The notes under the pieces are model-generated. The model was given only the letters and a program-made list of their open reading frames with translations, ran no database searches and was not told where the DNA came from. Both the position numbers and the translations under genes were made by a program. Shown piece by piece: positions 1-6,676 of a stretch of DNA of 16,170 nt. The DNA lies in contig CAYVGZ010000033.1 in NCBI GenBank assembly GCA_964450845.1, positions 1 to 16,170 on the forward strand. Direction: 5' to 3'. This DNA is from an uncultured Candidatus Bathyarchaeia archaeon. GTDB taxonomy: Archaea; Thermoproteota; Bathyarchaeia; Bathyarchaeales; Bathycorpusculaceae. Positions within the stretch are counted from its first letter, which is position 1; the number at the start of each line of letters is the position of its first letter.

Positions 1-2
1 AA

Positions 3-941
3 AAAACGGACAAAAAAGTATTTCCAATAGAAGGCGGAGCAGGCGCATCCTACTTGTCTATGGCTGTTGCCAACTCTAACGATATTGCAAACTTTGACCA
101 CGGAACAATTATTGAATGTAGCTTAGCAACCATAGGTAAGCAAGGTGCTGAAGTAACACCCGTGTGCTTCGAATTTAACGCCGAAAGAAGCTATGACATT
201 GACCCTGAGTGGATTGGAAAAGAAGCTGCAAGGCTGGCAACTTCTGCATTAAAAGCCAAGAAAATAGAAACAAAAAACACTAACGTAATATTCACGCAAT
301 TTGCATTTCAAGAGCTTCTTTACTTCACACTTATCAATGCTGTTAAAGCAGATTTTGTGCAGAGAAATCAATCCGCATTCAAAGGGAAGATAGGAGAAAA
401 AGTTGCCTCCGAAATCGTGACAATTTATGATGATGGCTTATTTAGTGGTGGTCTTCGCACATGGAAATTTGACGGCGAAGGCGTTCCTCAGCAAAAAACA
501 CCCGTTGTAGAAAAAGGCGTCTTGCGTAACTTTCTTTATGACAATTACACTGCCAAAAAAGAAGAAAAGGAAAGCACAGGAAACGCTGCAAGAGCTGGAT
601 ATTTATCTACACCAAGCCTACAAGCCACAAACTTTCATTTCACGCCTGGAAACAAATCGCCAGAAGAACTTATCAGCGAAGTAGATGACGGCCTGCTTGT
701 TTATTACTTGCAAGGTGCACACAGTAGCAATCCAACCAGCGGAGAATTTTCCGTAGTTGCAACTCCCGCTTGGAGAATCAAAAATGGCGAAATTGCCTAT
801 GCTACTAAAGGAGCAATGTTGGCTGGCAACATCTTTCAAACGCTAAAAAATATTTCGGCGCTTGCAGACAATGAACGGAAGATTGGGCAGTTGGTCGCAC
901 CATGGGTTCTTGTAGAAAACGTTAAAGTCATAGGAAAATAA
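3..941 (+). CDS. TldE/PmbA-family protein (non-catalytic partner of the TldD/E metalloprotease), 5'-truncated by the window edge
   Basis: The frame is open from base 3 ([22 protein letters not shown]...), so the TTG at 54 is not the true start. Family motifs [27 protein letters not shown] and a C-terminal [12 protein letters not shown]. No HExxGH zinc motif at the expected position (QFAFQELLY), hence PmbA/TldE rather than TldD. Confidence 0.85.
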   Translation, partial: KTDKKVFPIEGGAGASYLSMAVANSNDIANFDHGTIIECSLATIGKQGAEVTPVCFEFNAERSYDIDPEWIGKEAARLATSALKAKKIETKNTNVIFTQFAFQELLYFTLINAVKADFVQRNQSAFKGKIGEKVASEIVTIYDDGLFSGGLRTWKFDGEGVPQQKTPVVEKGVLRNFLYDNYTAKKEEKESTGNAARAGYLSTPSLQATNFHFTPGNKSPEELISEVDDGLLVYYLQGAHSSNPTSGEFSVVATPAWRIKNGEIAYATKGAMLAGNIFQTLKNISALADNERKIGQLVAPWVLVENVKVIGK

Positions 942-982
942 ATAACTCAGACTTCCATTAACCGCATTAAAGAGGCACAAAA

Positions 983-1897
983 TTGAGAAGCAAAATCAAA
1001 CATAGCCTACTTGAATTTAACACTCTCCGTAGAATAGTCCAATTCATTTCTTTCATACTCTTCAGTGCAATAATCTTGGGTGTAATACCACTTTTGCTTC
1101 CAGTTCTATGGACACAGGGGCTCGAACAAAACACTGTTGGAGACGCCTTCACCGCGTTGCAGCTGATGCTTTATGACGTTGTTTTTCCATGGCTCGCAAT
1201 GGCGTCATTTCTAGTTATAGGCATCTTAGCTGGTAAATCGCTGTGTGGTTGGGTTTGTCCCTTCGGCTTCATTCAAGACTTAGTCAGTTTTATAAAACGC
1301 AAACAGAACGAGTTTTCACCGCGGACCCATGAAAGTATGATCTACGTAAAATATGCCATTTTAGGCATTACCTTGTTCATTAGTGCAACTTTCTCCGCTG
1401 CCAAACTTGTAGGGGTCAGTCAAAGTTATGAAGGTGCTTTAGGTATTTTTGCAAAAGTACCTTTTACTGCGCTCAGTCCAGCTGAAACTTTGTTTGGAAC
1501 ATTGCCCAAAATGGTTCGAGATTTTATCACTGCAGCGTTGGCAAACCAAGTGGATATTTTATCTGGGATTACGAGTTTGTCTCCGCTTTTCTGGATTCAA
1601 CTATTCATTATGGTTACCGTTCTTGTTTTTGCTGCTTATATTCCACGAGGTTGGTGCAAATACTTTTGTCCCCACGGCGCAATTATGGCAATCCTGAACA
1701 GGTTTAGTTTTCTTGGTTTGCGTAGAGACCTGCATAAATGTCCCAAAGGCACATGTCGTCTATGCGTTGAAGTGTGTCCCATGCGTGTTCCTATTCTAGA
1801 TTTGCCATGGGAGAAATTCAGCGACCCAGAATGTATCTACTGTCTTAAGTGCGTGGATGCTTGCCCAAACGGCGCAATCAAACTAAAGTATCCATAG
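983..1897 (+). CDS. Membrane-bound 4Fe-4S-binding protein (NapH/MauN-like polyferredoxin)
   Basis: Several hydrophobic TM-like segments; two CxxxCP motifs (CGWVCP, CKYFCP); two C-terminal ferredoxin motifs (CPKGTCRLCVEVCP, CIYCLKCVDACP); N-terminal LRRIVQ motif typical of the family. TTG start with GAGG upstream. Confidence 0.85.
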   Translation: MRSKIKHSLLEFNTLRRIVQFISFILFSAIILGVIPLLLPVLWTQGLEQNTVGDAFTALQLMLYDVVFPWLAMASFLVIGILAGKSLCGWVCPFGFIQDLVSFIKRKQNEFSPRTHESMIYVKYAILGITLFISATFSAAKLVGVSQSYEGALGIFAKVPFTALSPAETLFGTLPKMVRDFITAALANQVDILSGITSLSPLFWIQLFIMVTVLVFAAYIPRGWCKYFCPHGAIMAILNRFSFLGLRRDLHKCPKGTCRLCVEVCPMRVPILDLPWEKFSDPECIYCLKCVDACPNGAIKLKYP

Positions 1898-2043
1898 CTT
1901 TTCAATTGTGTAGAAGAAGCCTTTGCTCGGCTGAGTCTAAATCCCTCCTTTATATAGATTGAATTAAGGCTTGAAACTTGGCTAGGTTTTAGGTGTTATT
2001 CAGCGATTTTGATAATGGAGAAGGGCGCGTTATATGTGATTGA

Positions 2044-3252
2044 TTATGTCCAGAAGCTTTTTGCGCATTCGGTTAAGACATTGTTGTATATGGTCTTTGT
2101 CTGCTGAGCAATTTTGTTCCAATCGTATTTTTCCTGAATTCTCTTGTATGCATTGTTTCTTAACCAGTTCGCATAGCTATCATCAGTCAAAACTTTTGTT
2201 ATTCCCCAAGCCAGCGACTCTGGATTATCTGCGTAAACTTTAACGCCAGTCACATTATGCTCAACTATCTCCGATAAACCGCCTGTATCTGAAACTACAA
2301 TTGGGCTTCTTGCCGCCATCGCCTCAAGAGCAACAATTCCAAATGGTTCGAAAAGGGATGGCACGACAGAAACGTCGGCGCATTTCTGCAGTTTTCTAAG
2401 GGTTTCGTCATCTACGAACCCTGTGAACATTACTTTGTGGCCAAATCCCATGTTTTTTACGATGTTTGAAAGCTGTTCCTTCATGTAACCGTTGCCCACA
2501 ATTATGAACTTTGCATTAACTTTCTCCAAGACCTTCGGGGCGGCGTTAACAAGCACGTGAACTCCCTTCTCATGCACCAATCTTCCTACAAAAAGAATGA
2601 TTTTCTCTTCTGGCAAAGCAAACTTGCCTCTGAAACCGCTTAAATCGTCATTTCCAATTTTTGCGTATGCGTCAGCATCTACGCCGTTCGGAACCATAAC
2701 TAGTTTATCTTTGGGAAGTCCAAAAGCCCATTGGACATGTGAAACCATGTAATCGCTGCAGCATATTACCCTCCACGCCTCGTATGTAAGCCATGCCTCT
2801 GTTTCATGTATCATCCTTTCATAATCAAAATGAATTCCATTTCTACGTCCAATTTCGGTGGAATGCATCGTAGCCAAAAGCGGCTTTCTAAAGACATGCT
2901 TTAGACCAATTCCTGCAGTGGCTACAAGCCAATCATGAGCATGAAAAACATCAACCTTTCCACCTAAACTGTTAACGAGAGCAGCCGCCTCCTTCTGCAT
3001 ATTCACATTCATCAAGTAAACCCATGTTGCAAAATCCGGCGAAGGGTTCTTGTAAGAATCTATCCTAAAAATTTCTACGCCATCAACAATTTCGTGTTGA
3101 GGTGCTCCAGGGAAATCACATGTAACCACATAGACCTTTATGCCGTTTCTCGCCAAACTTTTTGATAAGTAATAAACGTGTGGGGATATTCCGCCAATAA
3201 TTCTTGGTGGAAACTCCCAAGTAAGCATCATAACAGTCAATTCGCGACTCAT
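2044..3252 (-). CDS. GT4 (GT-B retaining) glycosyltransferase, complete; probably glycogen/alpha-glucan-synthase-like
   Basis: WEFPPRIIGG, HAHDW, TMHSTE, VPNGVD, FVGRLVHEKG, EPFGIVALE (E-x7-E) and terminal helix WNKIAQQTKTIY. Substrate is inferred from the GH57 neighbour, not shown by the sequence. Confidence 0.85.
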   Translation of the reverse strand: MSRELTVMMLTWEFPPRIIGGISPHVYYLSKSLARNGIKVYVVTCDFPGAPQHEIVDGVEIFRIDSYKNPSPDFATWVYLMNVNMQKEAAALVNSLGGKVDVFHAHDWLVATAGIGLKHVFRKPLLATMHSTEIGRRNGIHFDYERMIHETEAWLTYEAWRVICCSDYMVSHVQWAFGLPKDKLVMVPNGVDADAYAKIGNDDLSGFRGKFALPEEKIILFVGRLVHEKGVHVLVNAAPKVLEKVNAKFIIVGNGYMKEQLSNIVKNMGFGHKVMFTGFVDDETLRKLQKCADVSVVPSLFEPFGIVALEAMAARSPIVVSDTGGLSEIVEHNVTGVKVYADNPESLAWGITKVLTDDSYANWLRNNAYKRIQEKYDWNKIAQQTKTIYNNVLTECAKSFWT

Positions 3253-3875
3253 TAAGAAGTTTTGCCTCCCGCAACTGTTTGATAAGTTTCTAAAACGTTC
3301 TTTACCCAGTTGGCAGATTTTGGCAGAATCACCTTTACCTTTTCCAGTGGAACCTTGTATAACCGATAAACTTCATCCCGCATCCAATCAGACTTGACAA
3401 TTAGTTTTTCCGCTTCGTACATCCCCAGCCACTCAATGCTTTTGATAGCCATGTTGAATGGTGAATTTGCGCCATGGGAACGATGTTCTTCCAGGCTTTC
3501 CACCGAGTAAATAAACGGTAAGTTAAGCGCCTTTTTCAAAGTGACCGCCGCTGGTATGAAGTGCCAATCATGCGCGTCTATTAGGTCAACCTGCTTGCCT
3601 GTTTTGTAGTAGATGTTGGCTGATGCCCTTTCGATTTCTTGATTTAAAGTGAGAACCCACGTGAGAACGCCAATATGAGTGCGAACTGGATTCGTTACTC
3701 TACAAGTTCTAACACCATCTGGCTCATCATATTCCCCTGTCAAGAAGTCATGATAAGTAACCACACAAGTTTCCACTTTGTTTTTAACAAGTTGCCCAGC
3801 AAGCTCTCTCACGTAGTCTGCAAGTTGTCCAACTATTCTTGGTGGATATTCCCATGAGAGGATTATGGCATGCAT
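3252..3875 (-). CDS. Stand-alone GT4 N-terminal (acceptor-side) domain protein; probable non-catalytic glycosyltransferase homologue
   Basis: WEYPPRIVGQ and DAHDW align with the N-domain of both full GT4s; the C-terminal Rossmann domain (GRL..KG, E-x7-E) is absent. Its TAA stop overlaps the ATG of the downstream GT4 (TAATG at 3254-3250). Confidence 0.8.
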   Translation of the reverse strand: MHAIILSWEYPPRIVGQLADYVRELAGQLVKNKVETCVVTYHDFLTGEYDEPDGVRTCRVTNPVRTHIGVLTWVLTLNQEIERASANIYYKTGKQVDLIDAHDWHFIPAAVTLKKALNLPFIYSVESLEEHRSHGANSPFNMAIKSIEWLGMYEAEKLIVKSDWMRDEVYRLYKVPLEKVKVILPKSANWVKNVLETYQTVAGGKTS

Positions 3876-3884
3876 TATCTTTCA

Positions 3885-4136
3885 CTACGTAAAGAGTGCA
3901 CAGACTTTGATTATTCCGCGTCCAGTCAAGTAGTACCGTTTTTTTCCCTCGTTGTCCATGAAGCTTTCCACAAAGCCTTCAGTTTTATAATTGTCCAAAG
4001 TTTTCTCCACTTCGTTTATGTCGATTTGTAAAACCTGTGCCAGTTCTTCGCTTCTTCTGGCTAGGTCAGAGGCTGTTGCACATAGATTGTGCAATGTTTG
4101 CAAAATTTTTTCTGAAAGTGGTAGCTCTTCCCTCAA
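3885..4136 (-). CDS. Small (83 aa) winged helix-turn-helix protein
   Basis: Start reassigned to the TTG at 4136 because GGGTGA (4147-4142) lies 5 nt upstream; the longer 4211 start only adds an atypical 25-aa leader. Pattern LSEKILQTL...ELAQVLQIDINEVEKTLDNYKTEGFVES...KRYYLTGRG fits a winged-helix fold. Confidence 0.7.
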   Translation of the reverse strand: MREELPLSEKILQTLHNLCATASDLARRSEELAQVLQIDINEVEKTLDNYKTEGFVESFMDNEGKKRYYLTGRGIIKVCALFT

Positions 4137-4207
4137 TGTTTTCACCCTAGTTAGCCTTAAACATAGTTTTACTGAGGTTTTCTTATAAAAGCATGCATAA
4201 GCTCGTT

Positions 4208-5755
4208 TCAAAAGTATTTGGTTGCTGTTTGAATTTGTTTGTTCAATTCGTTGAATCTTTCCTTGGCAGTTTTGATTAGCGATTTTCTAAGTATTTCTCC
4301 CCTCATTTTTGAAGTTCTGATTTTCCTTAATTCTTCTTTTAATGGTTTATCGTAAAGCGAATTTTCTGCCCACTTTTCAAAGTCTCCACGGCTATTGTGA
4401 AATTCTAAGGATTTTATGCTGATTTTTTGAAGAGCTTGTTTGAACCCTTTTAAGCTCCATGCCGTTGTTCCTGTGAAGTGGTTTTCTCCTACACCTGTGT
4501 AGAACAGGAATGGTTCGTTTGAGGCAGTAATTGCAAGTCTCACTCTATTTTCAAAGTCCAATATTGCAGCTTGCTCCGTTACAAAGGCATCTATTGGAGA
4601 GTTGAAAGGGCTAAAATACGAGTGAACCTCGCCTGGCGCTCCGCCTGCAGTGAACATGTAATAGAGGTGATCGCTTGTCTGGAAATACCTCCATGTTTTC
4701 AAAAAATCTTCATCAGCAGTTTCCTTTACAAGTGGTTCGAGCCTCCTTACGTTTGTGTAGTAAGCCCACTGCATAGTATTTCCAAGCCAACAACTTGCAT
4801 CCCTTTCCAAATCTGCCCAAGAAACAGTCCCACCAAGTTCAGGAACATCAATCTCACCCACAGTTTCATACTTTTCTACGACTTCAGAAGGCGTAGCCAT
4901 GTGCAGATGCCACCACTTCAAAATCTCCCTCGGCAAATACCTTAAAAAGTCATGTATGCCCGTTTCCGGCCAATGATGTTCCCCAAAGGTTTCATAATCT
5001 GGGAAGATGTTGATGCAATGACCAGATGTTGTTCCAAGCCAACTTGCATACTTATCCGCTGTTAGAGGCCATTCACTCCACCATCTCGCTGAAAACCTGA
5101 AACCTATATCATCCGTCAACTTATAATTTCTTAATAGCATTTTGATTTTTTTGCAGCCTTTTGGAGTGTAAAGATGGTTTGGCGATTTTCCATGCAGTAT
5201 TCTTTCTACGCCTTCGGTGAAGATTCCTTTGTATCCAAGCTCTTCGATTGTTTTTGCTATGGCATTATTGTAGAGCAATTCTGTGTTCTCGAAAATTCTG
5301 GGCACATAGCCAAGTAAATCCTGCATTGTTTGTTGATGCATTTTCACTTGCTCGATGAATTCTTCTCTTTCAGGATACAGACTTGCCAGCGAATGGTAAT
5401 AGGTTTGGCTTAGAAATTCTACGCATCCCGTTTTTGCAAGTTGTTTGAAAGATTCCAGAAGATCTTTGCTAAACCTTTCACATTGTTCTAAGAAAACGCC
5501 TGAAATGCTGAATGAAACTTTGACTTGCTTTTTCTCTTTCTTGTATTTATCAACGAGGTCAAGCAGTATTTGGTTGGATGGGAAATAACATTTTCTACTT
5601 GCTCTCTTAAAAACCTCTTCGTTTACTGCGTTGTCAAAATAGTAATCAAAAAGGTCTTTCTTTTTTACGCGTTCAAAAGCTTTGTTTTCCCAGAAGAAAT
5701 TCTTTTTTAATCTACAGGGTTGATGAACTTCAAATACGAACACTATGTCTGTCAA
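4208..5755 (-). CDS. Glycoside hydrolase family 57 (alpha-amylase-like) with an extra C-terminal DUF5752-like domain
   Basis: GH57 conserved regions HQP, ENTEL (nucleophile Glu), PDYETFGEH (acid/base Asp) and QTSDHLYYM. An additional ~100 aa C-terminal domain (EPFLFYTG...AWSLKGF...SLEFH...GDFEKW) follows. TTG start with GAGG upstream. Confidence 0.88.
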   Translation of the reverse strand: MTDIVFVFEVHQPCRLKKNFFWENKAFERVKKKDLFDYYFDNAVNEEVFKRASRKCYFPSNQILLDLVDKYKKEKKQVKVSFSISGVFLEQCERFSKDLLESFKQLAKTGCVEFLSQTYYHSLASLYPEREEFIEQVKMHQQTMQDLLGYVPRIFENTELLYNNAIAKTIEELGYKGIFTEGVERILHGKSPNHLYTPKGCKKIKMLLRNYKLTDDIGFRFSARWWSEWPLTADKYASWLGTTSGHCINIFPDYETFGEHHWPETGIHDFLRYLPREILKWWHLHMATPSEVVEKYETVGEIDVPELGGTVSWADLERDASCWLGNTMQWAYYTNVRRLEPLVKETADEDFLKTWRYFQTSDHLYYMFTAGGAPGEVHSYFSPFNSPIDAFVTEQAAILDFENRVRLAITASNEPFLFYTGVGENHFTGTTAWSLKGFKQALQKISIKSLEFHNSRGDFEKWAENSLYDKPLKEELRKIRTSKMRGEILRKSLIKTAKERFNELNKQIQTATKYF

Positions 5756-5785
5756 AGCCTCAGCCTCTATTCACTCATATTCAAC

Positions 5786-5796
5786 ATAAGCGTTTA
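5786..5796 (-). promoter_or_regulatory. Candidate BRE/TATA-type promoter of the GH57 operon
   Basis: TAAACGCTTAT on the minus strand about 30-40 nt upstream of the TTG at 5755; nearly identical to TAAACGCTATA upstream of the GT4 at 6677. Confidence 0.4.
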
Positions 5797-5916
5797 TTTT
5801 AATTTGCTATGTAAAATGCGATGAATAACGAAAGCTTAGGTCGGATTTAGATTTTGAATTCATAATTTATTTATTCTTTATTCCCGCCTTCTTCTTAACA
5901 GTTAAGGTGAATCTGA

Positions 5917-6600
5917 GTGTCAATTGAAAAAATCAGAGTTGAAAGTAACCAAGAGTTAGAGCAGATGGTAGTGAAGGAGATAAGCCAAGTCTCGAAGGAT
6001 CTAACGGTAATCTGCAGTAACGTTTCAGTAAACGGCAAGACAAATTTGGACATTTTGTGCCATGACAACAATGGGCAGCTTGTTATTGTGCAGTTAAGCG
6101 TTAACGAAGACGACATCATGCTGTTACATGGAATACAAAGTCTAGACTATGTTGACAGGTTCAAAGCTTTCTTGAAAGCCACTTACAACAAACACAAGAT
6201 TGATGACAACGAACAACCACGGTTGATCTTAATTGCGCCCACTTTTTCAGACGCGCTGCGACATGCAGTTGAAAGCATGAAAGGCATACACATCGACTTA
6301 TACGAATGGGAATATCTAAAGCTCGGAGACCACAAAGGCCTCCGCCTCCAACCAGTTTTCACATGGGCTCCAACAGAAAAGGAAGAAAAAATAACTGAGA
6401 AAAAACACGAACCAAAGCCTGCAAAGAAAAAGGAACCTGAACAAGCACAAGAAAAGAAGGAAGAACCTAAACCCGAACCACTGGAAGAAGAAATTCCGAC
6501 GTTTCCACCGCCGCAACCAACAGAAGAGCCAGAAGAAGAGAACGAACCCTTTAAGCCAAAGAAGGAAGAACCATCCAAAAGGAAGCTAAAGCTTTTCTAA
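5917..6600 (+). CDS. NucS/DUF91-like PD-(D/E)xK-fold protein with a degenerate active site and a long Glu/Lys/Pro-rich tail
   Basis: ELE...LDILCHDNNGQLVIVQLS...LLHGIQSLDY...PRLILIAPTFS matches the NucS C-terminal/DUF91-like pattern (E..E, iDiL..D..g.lvviELK, QxxxY, PRliLvAp.F), with ExK changed to QxS. GTG start with AAGGTGA at 5904-5910. Confidence 0.65.
   Translation: MSIEKIRVESNQELEQMVVKEISQVSKDLTVICSNVSVNGKTNLDILCHDNNGQLVIVQLSVNEDDIMLLHGIQSLDYVDRFKAFLKATYNKHKIDDNEQPRLILIAPTFSDALRHAVESMKGIHIDLYEWEYLKLGDHKGLRLQPVFTWAPTEKEEKITEKKHEPKPAKKKEPEQAQEKKEEPKPEPLEEEIPTFPPPQPTEEPEEENEPFKPKKEEPSKRKLKLF
6367..6600 (+). other. Low-complexity, predicted disordered Glu/Lys/Pro-rich C-terminal tail (77 aa)
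   Basis: APTEKEEKITEKKHEPKPAKKKEPEQAQEKKEEPKPEPLEEEIPTFPPPQPTEEPEEENEPFKPKKEEPSKRKLKLF; purine-rich GAA/AAG DNA. This composition also explains the spurious Ser/Phe-rich antisense ORFs. Confidence 0.85.
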
Positions 6601-6639
6601 AATTCGTTAACCAGTTCTTTTTCCCAGCCTCTCAGACTC

Positions 6640-6652
6640 TAAACGCTATAAG
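6640..6652 (+). promoter_or_regulatory. Candidate BRE/TATA-type promoter of the second GT4
   Basis: TAAACGCTATAAG about 25-37 nt upstream of the TTG at 6677; GGTGA at 6663-6667. Confidence 0.4.
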
Positions 6653-6676
6653 AAATACCAGCGGTGACTTTTTTAC

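Noticed and set aside
3252-3875. Reading the short GT4 as a simple frameshifted pseudogene
   Set aside because: There is no room for a missing C-domain because the next gene starts within the stop codon. The terminal helix appears retained and the motif changes are coherent. Not fully excluded without orthologues.
4137-4211. Longer 108-aa version of the wHTH ORF starting at TTG 4211
   Set aside because: The extension overlaps a TATA-like element and looks non-coding; a good SD precedes TTG 4136.
6183-6578. Ser/Gly/Phe-rich minus-strand ORFs (131 aa and 66 aa)
   Set aside because: Mirror image of the GAA/AAG/CCA-rich tail of the NucS-like gene.
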